Below, one piece after another: positions 25,276 to 40,624 of a stretch of DNA of 64,000 nucleotides. This stretch comes from the human T2T-CHM13v2.0 reference genome, Homo sapiens. Numbering within the stretch: position 1 is the stretch's first letter; each line of letters begins with the position of its first letter. Location: NCBI RefSeq assembly GCF_009914755.1, contig NC_060935.1. One strand, written 5' to 3'. The notes below the pieces were generated by a model. It did no database searches and was not told the DNA's origin. It saw nothing but the letters and a program-made list of their open reading frames with translations. A program made the translations under genes and the position numbers.

Positions 25276-26319
25276 TATGAATACATTACTCCAGCAGCCT
25301 GCTCTATTAACTATCAATGATTAATAATTTATTAAGCATTCTCCAAGCTCCTGCCTCTGTGCCTTTGCTTTATGATGCAGCAGCTCCTTCCTCCTCACCA
25401 TCTTTATTCATCAACCCTTTCCATCCTTTAGGGACCATACTACAGTCCAAGTCATTCTCTCCATGGTGAAACCCCCTTTGAAAGGATCTAATCTTTTGCT
25501 TAACACTGCTTTCCCAAGGTATCGCAATATTGAATAGGTTTGACACTCAAAATTATGTCTTACATACCTTACATGCTTAATATTAGACAAAGACCTTGTT
25601 TGAGTGCCTGTTAACTCACAAACATATATTTTAATTCCCTTATAAAAATACAATGGTTGTTTTTACACACATTGGAACTGTGAGCTTTATATAATGTGAT
25701 ATAAAAAAGTATCAAATCAGAATTATAAATTTTATATAGTGTGATATATAAAATATATAGTAAAACAGATAAAAGAAAAAGTTGTACTTTATGAGCAAAA
25801 TAATAGCTATATAGTAATTATGCTAGATATTTATTCTGATTGGAAATTAGTCTTTTGCTATTTGAGTTTAAAATTATTCAAATTTTTCAAAAATGCTTTA
25901 CTTAAAATAGAAACACATTGCCTTTATTGTAAAAAGATGTTTGTGGAGGCCCACAGTGCTAAGAAGATAAATAATGATGGAGGCAAACTTGAAAAGAGAT
26001 CAGTGTATTCATAGGGAATATTCAAAATCTACAGATTGTTTCTAGAATCATTGATGTCTATAACCAGAGAGAAAAATGGGTTTCTCAGACCTCTGTCATA
26101 ATTTATTATACTACTTTGGGTGATGAAGGAGGTGGCTGCAAGGATAGTTTTCATCAGAAGTCAACTGACACCTGAAATCCAAATGGAAAAATATGTGCTT
26201 CTGAAGGTCAAAAAAACCCTAAGAGTTCAATCTGAAAATAGAAGTAGAATGACCACCAGTAGAATAGATAGTAGTCTGACTCAAATCATCTCTCTATGAT
26301 TTATGTGTCATTAATCACT

Positions 26320-26790
26320 AAGCTGATTTATTCTGTATCCTTAATCTAGAAACTATTCTCCTTCCTCTGCATGGTCCTAAATCTGGCCCCCATTACTTCT
26401 CACCTGGATTACTACCATGTGGGTTCCTAAGTGATTTTCCCATTTCTGTGTTTCCCACATCCATTGTATTTTCCACACTTCAGCTGTAATCATCCCTCTA
26501 AGACACATTGTTTTGTCACTCTTTTCTGAGAGTCTATGAAGTAAAACCTAAATTTCTTTAAATGATAGAGAAAGCTCTTGTAATATATCCCTTGCCTGTT
26601 CACCTCTCCAGTCTTAGAAGCTCTTTCCACAGCCCATGCCAATTCTCCACATATCCCTTCTTGTCCTTCCAAACATACAAAATAAACTGAAGTTTTTGAA
26701 GCTTCTGAATGTGACCTGCTATGCAAGATAAAAAGTATATTCATACAGTCTTTTAAGGAGAGTTTCCTGAAGCCTCCACACAACCGTTCC
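26320..26790 (+). mobile_element. L2 fragment
   Basis: ttctcacctggattactacc...ttccacacttcagc...gtaaaacctaaatttctt. Confidence 0.6.
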
Positions 26791-28617
26791 ACTTATAACC
26801 CATTGCCCACAACTTAGTCACAGAGCCATATATCTAGCTGAAAGAGAAGCAAGGAAATATATTTATTCTGACTGTCCATAGGTCCAAGTTAAAATCCCAC
26901 TGCTTTGGATGAAGGGGTGAAGTAGTAGTAGAGAACCACCAACTTACAGACTCTACGACAGTGCTTTAACTTTAAAGATTTAAAGTATCAAATTTTCTTA
27001 TAAGATGTCATCTGAACTAAATATGAATACTAGGGAATCAGAAGACAGTAAATGTTAGTGTCAGAAAATGCCTTAGGAAAAATCTAGGACCCAGAATAAC
27101 CACCTTTAACAATGATTATTATCAATCCATCTTTGAAGATGAATTCTCTACTTTTACTCTTGAGTGTTTGTAGAAAAGGGAAAACTCAAGACATTCCATC
27201 TTATCTTGGGTTTACGTGAATAGCTTCAGGCTGTAAAAGTAGGAAAATCTTTGCTTATTTTTAGTATGCCCTTTTTGAACTACGGCATAAATAAATACTA
27301 TAGTTACAGCTGCAGGTAATTTTACCCAAGCTACAATGTTGGTTATTCCTCCATGTACTGAAACCTGGGAGTCCAGACTGTGGCCTTTGAACATGTTATT
27401 TCAGTACTAAGCTGCTTTGGAAAGAGTCCAACCTAAATGGTTATTAAATCTACTCTACAGTTCCAGCATGGTGGCATTAAATGCAGTGAGGATTACAGAA
27501 TCTTATTCCTTTCTTGACTCAAATCAATAAGTGGCGTTAGACACACACAGACACACACACCTTTCTCCTTGAATCCACCAGTTTTGGATACTGACAAATT
27601 GTGCCAGACCAGAGATATTGATGATGTAGCAGCAAGAACCTCCATAGCAATTTACAAGATTTATGAGGGAGGCTTTAATTTAACTAACTACAAGCTGCTG
27701 CTATGCCCCTTGCCATGTTCCCTTTTCAGGCTCAGCAACCCCCCATGGGACAGACCTAGTCTTCTCCTTCCCAAACCAGTTCCCATAATCTAGATGTTTC
27801 TCTATCCCATATTCATCAAACTGGCATACCCTTCATCTTATTACTTCATTATTCTGATGATATTCCCTGATTATTTCCACATTCTCACCTCTTCCCATTT
27901 TCTCCTCAATTTCTCAATCTGAAAAATGTCTTCTATATCCAGCATTCCATTAACCCTGCTCATGCTAAGTGCACCAATGACCTTCTCATTGAAAAGCAGA
28001 ATGGACACTTTCTAGTTCTCATCCAAGTAAAGCTTTTTCAGGGCATATGGATAACTCTTTCTTTTCTAAATACTTTCTTCCCTGGCACAAATGTATTCTG
28101 CTTCTCTTTCTGCTGCTCTGTGTGCTGACAGTTAAATAACTCTTGCAAACAAAAACATCAAATAAATAAGCCCAGCTATTGTTGTGAGTAGCAACATCTC
28201 TGAATTGGTACTCATGCAAAATAGGTCATTATCCATGGATGATGTAATAAGTGTTGACATGTAAGGGTGCAGTAGCTCAGGACTGCTTACCTCATTTTGA
28301 TTCTATTTAACATAATTGATAAAATCTTTATGTGATATCATAACACTTAAAAATATTTTATATGTAATTGACAGTGTTCTTTAGTAACTATGAAAAAGCC
28401 CTTAATTACTATTATAATCTAATAAAGTGATTATGTCGATGATATGCTCTGCTATTCTAAAAAATTATTTTCATTACTTTGAATTTATTTATATAATGCT
28501 GTGTATTTTGCATAATGGATAGTTTACCTATCGGTTTTCCTAGATAGTAAATTCTTTGTAAAGACAAGAATCACATCTTTATCTTTTGTTTCACCTTTGT
28601 GTTTCACATTACCTATC

Positions 28618-29071
28618 TTTTTAAAAATGTTCTTATAGGTACATAGTAGCTGTGTATATTTATGGGGTGCATGAAATATTTTGATACAGGCATACAGTGC
28701 ATAATGATCACATCAGAGTAACTTAGTATCCATCTCCTCAAGCATTTATTCTTTCTTTATGTTATAAACATTCTAGTTATACTCTTACAGTTATTTTAAA
28801 ATGTACAATAAATTATTGTTGACTTTAGTCACCCTGTTGTGCTATCAAAGACTATATCTTATTTATCTTATCTAACTATATTTTTGTACCTATTAACCAT
28901 CCCCATTTCCCTCCTCCCTCACTATCCTTCCCAGCCTCTGGTAACCATCATTCTACTATCTCCAATAAGTTCAGTTGTTTTAACTTTTAGCTCCTATAAA
29001 TGAGTGAGAACATGGGAAACTTGTCTTTCTGTGCCTGGCTTATTTCAGTTAACAAAATGTCATCCAGTTCC
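28618..29071 (-). mobile_element. L1MA2/3-like 3' UTR fragment
   Basis: ggtacatagtag..gtatatttatggggtgcatga...agtcaccctgttgtgctatcaaa...tttctgtgcctggcttatttca. Confidence 0.85.
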
Positions 29072-30937
29072 CACATCTTTATCTTGATATAATTTATAGA
29101 ATTCTGTATGTAGTAGGTTTTCAGTAAATTATATAGAATTAAAATGTTAGACAGCTTTTTAGAGTAGAAGCAAGATTTAAAATATCCTTTACAGTAGTGA
29201 ATTTCCTGTTAACTACATGATATTCATCTAAAACTGCAGTATTCATTCTTTGGCCAACAATATTATACTACAAATTTTCTAATACCTAGGAGATGCAAAT
29301 CATAGCCAGATGTGGAAATAGTATGACTTGACTTATGATTATCTAGTTTATATAACAACTAAGTTACATAATCATAGATTCAACAGCAGTATTTTATCCT
29401 AGTTACAATATATTTCCAGCTATGTTAGCAAATAAATAAGACACTCACATCTGAATATCAATGAATAATAAGAGAGCATATTAGAATCAAACATAGCTTA
29501 TAAAAGAGTATGATTTTAGCCAAGCTCTGAAACTATTACTGCATGTCCTTTGCACTGCAATGAAAGGATGCCATTTATTTCTGACTATGATTAATGGGGC
29601 TTTTTAAGTAACCAACTTTCTTTGCCATTCAACAAAGATTGTGTCCTAGGGTTCTGTCTGATTCCAATTCTAGTGTCATTTGTAAATCTAAAAAATCAGA
29701 TAATGGAAGGCTGGATTTGAATTATAATTTTGTTTTTAGAGTTAGTCCTTCAATTTGTAAGGTAAGTGGGCATATCTATAAATTTCATCAGAAGGTGTGT
29801 GGCTCCACATTCTGTAAAAGTCATGTCAGCAGGAGAATAACAACATGGATGCCTAGTCCTGACATGAAGCCTGACAGCCAGAAATGCAGCAATATTTAGA
29901 GTATCGTGCCAAGCTGTGAATTAAGCCCAGGGAGAAGACTATTTCTATGTGTGGGGGCCGTTTTTATTATTTTTGCAACACTCAAGCAAACAAAAAAAAT
30001 CTTAGCATTATTCTGGTATGATGATAAATAAAAGGAGAAAAAAGAAAAGTAATACGTCAATTGGTATTTTTAAAAGCATTCATTTTAAGTCGAAGAACAT
30101 GTTCATAGGTGTCAAAAAAAGATTTAAAAGAACATTGCCTCAGTTACCATCAGAGCATAAGCCCCTGCAACAGAATAAATGAGGCATGAACATATATATT
30201 AAGGAAGGTTTCATGTCATCACGTTACATATGTGTCGAATGGGAAACAAGAGAAAGAATGCTGGGGTTTTGGGGCGGAGGATCTAGGTAAGATTTGAAAA
30301 GATAATTACTGGCACGCATTACAAAAGGAAAGACTAAATGGAGCAATAGATATACCAGAATAATTATATAGTAATTAACATGCCCTCTTTCTTCCTCTTC
30401 GGGGAATTTTTTTTCATTTAGATAAAAATGAATCCTGACTGCCACAGTATTTCATTTGGCAGGATATCAGATAATTTATATTTCAAATATGATCTCATCA
30501 TCAGTTCCATCTGTTGATCTTAACTGAGCATCAGTAATGTTTGGAACTCTGACATGTAGAAAACATACCTGAAAAAATTCAAAATCTCTGAATCTATGAG
30601 ACTCACATACCAATTAGAAAACTCAACAAATATGCCCTAATCTTCCAAGTGCGGTATACTCGTTTTAAATCTTCACTTTTAATCCACCCAGCTCTCTACC
30701 CAATTCCAGTATCACAGGAAGAAGAAACTACAGACAGTTGCTATAGAATGAGCTCAAATAAGTGTTAGACTTTGTTAAAGAGGACTAGAATATTCTGTTT
30801 ATGCTAAACCATAAAGTGAAAATATAACTGACTAACAGGCTCTGATCCTAACCAATCTTAGTGTATGGGATATTTATAAATTCAAAGAATCTTTTTTTTA
30901 TTCTTCTCTCACATTACAATTCAAAAATGAGAGATGG

Positions 30938-31315
<378 letters not shown>

Positions 31316-32256
31316 TTACAGCTTCTGCCTTAACCCAGGTGCTTGGACCAGGTGCCTTCCCTTCCACATGCAGAGAGAACTAGATCAAGAACAGGGTGAA
31401 GACCATTCATTTTATTCTCTCATGGCAGGCTGTCTTCACGTAATAAACACCCCCACCTGCATCAGTCTTGCACGCTCCTTCTCAACCTTCAAGACCCAAT
31501 TCAAGTTGTTTCTCCTCTGTGGTATTTTTCCTTGTTCCATCCAGACAGCTCTAACCAAGCTTTCCCTTGGGCCAAGCCTTTACCTTGAGTCCGGCTACAC
31601 ACTTTTTAAAACTAAGTTTCTGTTGTTTATTTGGTCATCAGTCTCTTACTGATTAGGAGTACCAGTGCCTCACCTAGTGGTTATTCAACTCATCCCCAGT
31701 CTATATCATTCACCTGCTGAGAGAGGAAGAGTTAAATAATGCCTCTCTAATATGCACCTGTCCTCATCAACAAATAAAGCACCGAGAATAATGAGTCCTC
31801 AATAAATACTGTTGTACTGTTTCTTTTACATCTTCTCTTCCATAGTTGAACCAAAAATGTTGTACTACCTTGTTCAAGGGGAAAGTCAAACAGTTGTTCA
31901 AAATGAGTTCCATCTAGTGAGTAAAATAACAAAAAGGGTTTATGAAATTGCTATTGACTACAGATGGTGGTGGATTTGGTTTGGGGTTTGTCTCATCAAA
32001 AAAATGTCTACAGCAATGCAATGTTCTCCAGTAAAGAGATTTTGAGAGCACAAGGTATGGTGTTGCTACTTCATTCAATCAACATTTTAAGAGATTTTGT
32101 TGCCATGACTAAAGAAAGTAAGAATAAATTATTCAGAAATAACCACACAGACTTTAAGTTTCTAAGCATTCAGTATATTTTGGAACATAACAGTGTTGAT
32201 ATAGGCTCAGTACCTGCATACATCATTAAAGGGGAGTAAAAGCATGTTTTTAGTAA

Positions 32257-32520
<264 letters not shown>

Positions 32521-33194
32521 TGACTTGTCCCCATCAACATCTTCTCCCAGCTTTTAATTTGGAGTGTGAGGTTTGAGAGTTTTCATTCCATGACTATCTT
32601 CAGGACCAAATCACAATCTTTTATCACCAAGGACCTTTTTGGTTCTTAAGTCTCAATGTATTTAGAAAGCTATTTCTCACATATTCTTAAGACATGAATG
32701 AGTGAAAGACTCTGTGTGAATCTTGAAGAGCTCTTGGCCTCCAGTTTTCGAAAATATTAATGTTGAAGATTAATCCCATCTAAAAATAGTATAAAAATTC
32801 TAAATTTGTGGGTGCACCATTTTTAGAGGCACACTTACTTTAGAGAAGTGCTACATGAGAAACAGCAACATAAATTACTAAAGCAATAAAATAAAAGAAA
32901 AGTCAGTGGAATACTGTATATAGCATGTTTTCTGCTAGGTATTATAAGTCAATACATTACTACCCCAGTGGAGATGGTTTTCAACTCTCCTCAAAATGGA
33001 AAAGTCCTTGAATAAATGTTTCAATAAATATTTGTTGATTTGATTTGAAGCAGCCAGGAAAAGATTAAACTGAGCTTTGCCGTTGTATTAAATGATAGGA
33101 AAATATCATCAAATAATGGATAACATCTGCCTTTCCCTACCCCTGCAGATCATGATAAAGCTTTAAAGGCTCTTTGGCCAAAATTGCAGTGAGT

Positions 33195-33213
33195 GAATGC
33201 CATCTAGTGGTTT
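33195..33213 (-). promoter_or_regulatory. Candidate CTCF site
   Basis: Minus strand reads AAACCACTAGATGGCATTC, with a full match to core CCASYAGRKGGC at 33199-33210, in non-repeat sequence. Confidence 0.55.
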
Positions 33214-34817
33214 TAGAAATGCTTGCTCATATTATCTACAATACGTTAGTTCAGCCAGACATGGGTAATATAATTTTTTGTTGGTTAGTTTTTTACATAT
33301 AGCTTAACTGCATAATTATATGACTTGATTTCCATTAGTAAACTTGCCAATTTGGAGGTTTATTTATAGGAATAACTTTAGTATTCAATTGTAAGAATGA
33401 AAACCAAAATATATTTCAGAGATTCAGCTTTACTATTTGCAGGCAAGGGACTAGATGTCTTCAGTTTCCTTCCTCAACTATATTAGCATTTGTAAAAGTG
33501 AAAAGTAAAAGAAAACAAACAAACAAAAATGTTGTATTGCTAAAGTCTAAAGAAGCCAGACCATAAGAGGAAATAACAGAGTATTTACTTCCTGTCGTCC
33601 CTTTGTAGAAGAAAAAGCTAAATATATATATATATATACTGAAGAAATATATATGTTATTTTGGGAAATATTAATTAAAAGCCTATACATTACTCGGGCT
33701 TATTCCTAAGAGAGTCCAAAAAATTTTTGAAGTTGTAGCTATTCAATGTATATGAAATTTTTAAATGGTTAGTTACAGAATCCAAGAAAAATCTTTCTTC
33801 TTTCTTAAGCAATACAGCCACTTTACCTCCAACTCCCATTTCCCTCCCTCCCACTCCTGCCCCTGTATTGAGAGTTTGAGTTGTTTGACCTGAACAACTG
33901 AAGCTTTGTAAATAACTCACGATGAATCCCACAGAGCAGCCAATTCTAAGAACTGCCTGGATTGCCAAGTTCCTGTCAGAGGGTGAGTAAGGCTCAGAAA
34001 GACCCTCCACTTAGCACCTGTGCTTAAAAGACCAAGTCTGGAGGAGGCAATTGAGTGCCTAAAGCACACTGACCCATTTCAGAGGCTTAGCTGGTTTCTA
34101 AGAAGAAAATTGGCACACCTGGGTGCTTTGGATAAACTCTGAATAAGCCGTAAATGAGCTCCTGCTAAAGAAACTGGACATCTTATATATTTTTTGTCAT
34201 ATTAAAGAAATTAGAAAACTTGAGTGTCTACCTTTTCTATTCTTCTTGCCAAATTCTAAAAGGTTTCTTTTCTATCATGGTTGCATGGTAATAATAATAA
34301 TAATAGTAAGAGAACTTTGTCCATTTAAAATGCCTCTCAGGTATAAATCTCATAAATTGCAATAAAGTCTACTGCATTGTGAGAAAATAATGTACTCTTA
34401 ATTGTCCTATAAAATTTTCCTCCAAGAAAAGCTGTGTTTTTATTCTGAACATGCTGTTGTTGTTGTTTACTATCTGTATTTTAATTCCTTGTAGCTCTAA
34501 ATGAAACAACTTTCAATGTTTTCTTGGTTTTACTCTTGGCTCTTCCACAAGAGCTAATCCATACTTTGTCAGGGGTTTGTACGTGTATCTTAAGACTCCT
34601 GTGTTTCAACATCCTTTTTCATAAATTAAGATAGCAAAAGAAAACAATTTCAAAAAACCAACCAAAGCATTTTTAAAAGGTAAAAAGTTAAATGCTAAAT
34701 AATCTTGATTAGAAAAATGCCTTTGAAAAGGTGGACTTTTCTCAGAAGATGGTGAAATTAATACAATGATGATAAAGTTCTAGAAGGATGGACACACTTC
34801 ATATTAGTAAATTTCTA

Positions 34818-35111
<294 letters not shown>

Positions 35112-36654
35112 TTTCTAGAAGGATGGGCACATTTCATATTATGGTAGCATGCCATCAATAATTACTTCATTGACATCTTAATTTGTATCAATTTGCAAAA
35201 ACATAATAGAAATAGTTCAGACAATATTCTCTCAAAATATGTTAATGGAAAACTGTGGTTATAGAAGCATTTCATCTTCTATACATGTTTTCCAAATTAT
35301 TTTATGACATGAACTAATTCGTTCTTATAAATGTATTGCTATTTAATATAGTAGCTAGACATATACTCATTCAAGCATTTCAAAATATGAGTTTAAGATC
35401 AAGTATTTGAAAATATGGTTTAATGTACACCATAAGAAAAAATGGAAGAATGTATGTAAATATCACCCACTGAGTCATTTAAGAGAGTAGAAACATATTG
35501 AAACCACAAAGTTAGATTTATTTTGTTCATATCAACTCCAATCAAACAAATTGGAATTTTGGCTCTCTAAATCCAATGAGCAATTTGGTCCACTCATTTG
35601 CAGAAACAAGCCTTGAAAAGAAATCTAAAATGAGAAGTATTTTTAAGTGTTTGCTGAATTTGTGATGAATTTTTTATAGAATATTTTTACTTAAATTGCT
35701 ATGAGTTTGAAAGATATTATAAATATCATTGTGGACCCTAGCTTTATTCCTTTCACCTAATTTTCTTCCTATAACAAAAATATCAATTATTTTGTAGAAC
35801 AGCTTGCAATAGCTTCATGTAGCTGGAATCAAAAGAACCGTTTCATATCAAAATAAGAGATTTATAGTGGGAGTCTTTTATTTATGATTTTTACATGTAT
35901 CTATTAATTTTAAATTCTGAACTCTATTACTTGCAAAGAGTCCCTATGGATTCTACCTAATAACGTTATCAATTGAACATTGAAGTGTCAGACTTTGGTT
36001 CACATGTTTAACCTAGTAGCAAAAAAGCAACAACAAATCTTATCTTAACTCTTTTTCTGGTAGCCAAAGTAATTGAGCAAAATGGCACTTAAGGCTAGTG
36101 GTTGCTCACACATTTTACTCCACTGTGATAAAAACCCAAGGGTCCAGCAGCTAGATTTGTGTGTTCCTGTTAGTGAAACCCTATTCCCATGAACTCCCAA
36201 CTCTGATCCTCTGGAACAGAATTATCCCAATGGGTAGTTGGATAGTCTGCACTCATCTACCTCTTTCTTTGGTCAGTTACATTATATCTCCCAAATTATG
36301 ATGGTTCCAACAAAATGAAAATGAGTGTTTTCATTCTCTGAGAGATGGATAAGAAATCTTTAGTTGTTTATTTTTAAAACGTAAATGGAATCACTAACCA
36401 CCTATGATTCTTCTCGTTCTCACTTTAAATAAGGACAGTTGAGCTGAGATGATCTTGAAAATCCTTGCTGTCTCTAAAAGTCAATAATGCTGTTTGCAGT
36501 GAAGTCTTTTTGATGATTTGTTTGATCCTAAAGCAATGTATAATTGTATGCATGGGATATACCTTGAAAAGAAGCGTGTATTAATAGTAAAACTTCAGTC
36601 AGGTGACCTTTTCTGGATATTTATTCATTCTACAAACATTTGTTAAGTCCCCAC

Positions 36655-36659
36655 TGTGT

Positions 36660-36691
<32 letters not shown>

Positions 36692-36763
36692 ACACTGCAT
36701 ATGCAGTGTGTGTATACATATATAATACACATACATATATATACACACATACATATATACGCA

Positions 36764-36823
<60 letters not shown>
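36655..36823. repeat. Compound (TG)n/(CA,TA)n/(TG)n/(TA)~20 microsatellite inside an antisense L2 end
   Basis: Read directly; L2-like flanks cattctacaaacatttgttaagtcccc and caggtactatgct...gaagatacagtg. Confidence 0.92.
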
Positions 36824-36827
<4 letters not shown>

Positions 36828-38159
36828 GGTACTATGCTCTGCTGAAGATACAGTGCTAAGCAAAACCGATACATTTTCTGCTATGGTTAGTAACTCCTGT
36901 CTGGTTAACTAAGGTTTAAACCAAAAGTATTTCCTAAAATCCTACTAAAATATATGATTTCTTTTAGAAATACATTATGTAGAAAGTGATAAAGGATCTT
37001 ACACTGCCTTGGGGGTTTTGCTATGGATGCCAGTTATTATTAAATAGATGAGATATCAAAGGCATTTGATAGAAAACTAGAACAATATTGATCCTAGTAC
37101 ACATCATGGATGTATTTAAGGAATCTAACCAAGTATTTATCAGGAAAAGATAGTAAGGACTGACCTTAGAGTATGAAGTAGGTATTTAACAAAAGAATGG
37201 AGAAAAATGTCTCTACAGTTGACTCACAGGTATCTTAAACTGCTTCTTTATCATGTACCCCAGATTTAATTGGAACCCCTTTCAGCAGTATTGCCACTTT
37301 CATTATATGAAAGGGAATTTAGTGTCCCATCAGACACAGTGTGAATCTCGGATTACTGACAAAACCAGTGACCTTCCCACACTGTTTGCAAATCAATCAA
37401 AAAAGCCTAAAAGCCACGGCTGACCTCTCAGAGGCTTACTGTGACCAAAAGAAGCCAATAATCCTACCTCAGGGCAAGATCAATGAGAAAGAGAGGAAAA
37501 TTTCTCAAACCTAAATGAGGCCATTTGCACATAAGAGATGAAATGTGGACATGATCCCAGTTAACTTATTCTAAACCCAAGGCTGCCTACCATGTCTAGT
37601 ACCATCTAAGTGAGATGTTAGGACTCAGAATTTTTGGCAAATGGTCAAATGCATGGCAATACTTAGTAAAAGCCTATTTATCTAGAGTTTTCATTTACAA
37701 ATTTTCACAACTCTCAAACATCAGGTATCGTACAAATCTAGAACTCTGTCAGTTCCCCCGGACTCCCAAAAAGTCTCTATATTGAATAAAGCATTAAAAG
37801 GAGCTGAAGGCTTAAACAGCCTGCCTCTGTATCCCATAACTGGTTGAGTCAATACCTAAAAGGAAAGGAACATTTTTGTTACTGGCTAATGGCCATGAGG
37901 TCAATTTTTTGTACCAAAGCCAAAAAGCAAAACAAAACAAAACCCTCAAAAACAGAAGAGACAGAAGAAACAAAAAGAAGCACAATAAGAAGAGGAAAGA
38001 TAGCTATAGTTATAAGGAGGAGGAGTCATTACAGGAGAGATCTCATAATTGGAGATAACAGCTTTGATTATTTGAATCATCTATATAGGATTCAGTGGCA
38101 TACACTCTGACAGTAGGAATGAGCCAACAACTGTAGGTGGGACAGCTCTGCACTTGACA

Positions 38160-38630
38160 CCTCATACATTCATTCAACGTCTGCATGCCAGACATTGTTC
38201 CAGGCACTGCAATGCGTGCTGTACAAAGGTGAGCAACTCATGGTCCTTACACAACATTTACACTCAAGCTGGGAACTCAGAAACATGCATAAATAATTAC
38301 AAAATAATTTGATGGCTTCAGAAACAGAGATATTACAAAAATGTATGAAGAATCCAGAAGATGGGGTAACTAAGTATAATCAAGGCAGTCCCAAATGTTT
38401 CACAGAGAAAAGAAGCATTTAAACTGAAAATGCACTGGATCTTTCCAGCCAGAGAAAAGGGGTAAGGGTATTCCAAGACAGAACGAACTGTAAAGGAAAC
38501 GAGATCTGAAAATGCTCAAAAGGTAATCAAGATTGGTTTGAAGCAAAAGTAGAAGCTGAAACGGAGCAGTAGACAAAGTTGAAGCTGTAAAGATTGGAGG
38601 TAGCAGAAATGTAGATTCCTTGCATTACAC
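38160..38630 (-). mobile_element. L2 fragment
   Basis: cattcattcaac...atgccagacattgttccaggcactg...tttcacagagaa...gggtattccaagacag. Confidence 0.65.
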
Positions 38631-40624
38631 CAGTTTAGTTGTCTATCTTTCCTATTGAAATCTTATCTCCATCAGGGCGGAGTCTATGTTTATTGTTACC
38701 AATACATCCCCTAGTGATGATAGGGGTTCAAACAACAATTGTCGAATAAATTGGAAGTCTAAATGAGCCTCACTTGAAGACACAGGCAGGAGACACATTT
38801 TGTACGTGTTTAAGGGAAGTCTTCAATTACCTGGGAGGCTTTCTTGTCCAGAATTTCACCTGTCCAAGATTATGGGACACCTACATGTCCCAGAGTTTGT
38901 TGTACAGGCTGAAAAAAGCAAGAGTTTTATTTCCATATATTAAAGTAACAATGGGTGAGATGCAACAGGAACAAATCAGGCACTCACAGAAATTACTACA
39001 GCAAAGCAGTCATATCAGCAATTTCCCGCACTGCAGTACTGGCAGAGCTTGCTGCTTTGCTTCATTATAAAGCTCCTTTTGCATATTGAGCTTTGCTCAA
39101 TCAGGATCTACAACAAAGTAAGAAGAAACTCGAAAGATGTGAGGTTTTGCTAAGAAGGTGAATTTTACTTCTTTAATATTACTATTTAGCAGAACTGATT
39201 CGAATGTGCAAGTCCTATTATGATGCACTAGGTTTGTTGTTTTCATGGAAAACAGAAACACCTTTACAGATCTGCTGGACTAGTGCAAATGGAATTGGTG
39301 GGGGTTAGAAAGGGGTGTCTAATTGTCTCCTAGCAACTGTTACCATGGTTGCAGCCATACCTCATTTTCTTATAAAGTAAAAAATAGGATAAAATAAAAG
39401 GCAAAGTGAAGGAGCCAAAGGATATAAGTTTTTTCAAGGAAGAAGAAAAATATGATTGTCAGAATGCAAGTGCTTTTGTCTGGGAAGAATCATGAATTCT
39501 ACGATTAGGTTAGGTTCAACTAAATATGTTTTAGTTGATGCTGCAAGAACACTTACTGGAACAATTTCTACTATTGTTTTTGACAGAAACATCCAAAACT
39601 TCAGCTTCTTTTACAAAGATAAAGGAAAATCTGCTTGATAATTTTAGAGGTATAAAATGAAGTAGTTTTTCTAGCCTTAAATCAAAAGCAGCTGCATACA
39701 AGTATCTACTGTGGTTTAGGGAGAGGTAAGTTATATTCCTCATTAGGTAGAAAAGAGAGGATAACATCATAATTATTTCAGTAGAATTTTGCATCTACTC
39801 CTCAAATGTTTTAAATGTTTAAAAGGCAGTGAGATTAACAAAAAGGCAGCAAAACATTCAACAGTACCTTTGAGGACCCTTTTCTGAGTCTTGTAAACAT
39901 CATAAACATAACTACATTTTTATAAATTATACAGTATTTATATTAAACAGTTCAGTAATAAAGTGTGCTCTCTGCCAGCAAATGAAGTGCTACATTGTTT
40001 TATCCACTTTGATTCAGTCAGAAAAGTAATGGAACAAATTCATTTCTAAACCTTCCCTCAAGATTAGCCACCTAATTGGACACTAGTTCCCTGCTGATAC
40101 AGATTTTCTCCAATCTCATATACAACTTGTGACAAGTTTAAGATTAGAAGGAAATAAAGTAGTGTAATTTTTACCAAAATAATAATGATAAGGTTCACAT
40201 AACCACTGGTAAAGATAAAAATGAAAGACAGTTTAAGATTGGATATAAGAAATTTATTTTCCATTTTTTAAAGTTTTTTCCCAGGGCCATATATACCAAA
40301 GAGTTCTATTATTCATCCAAAGTCTAGACATAATTTGCTTCCGTATTTGACTTAAAGTTTTCTTTTTAAAACCACAGAACTCATGCTGGGGATTATATAT
40401 ATAGTGTGCATGTGTGATGAAATATATATATTCTATATTTAATATATATTCTGTTTTTATAATTTATTCTAATTCTTTTAGAAATTATTCTAATTTTATA
40501 ATTAATTTTGTGTTCATAATATAATTATATAAATATTGTGCAGTAACACAAGAGAAACAAATTTTCTTGTCTCTGCCCACCACATTCTATTATTTTCCTT
40601 TCTTATACCTGTACCACAACACTT

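Noticed and set aside
36599-36912. ORFs rich in CV/YI/TH repeats
   Set aside because: Translations of dinucleotide microsatellites.
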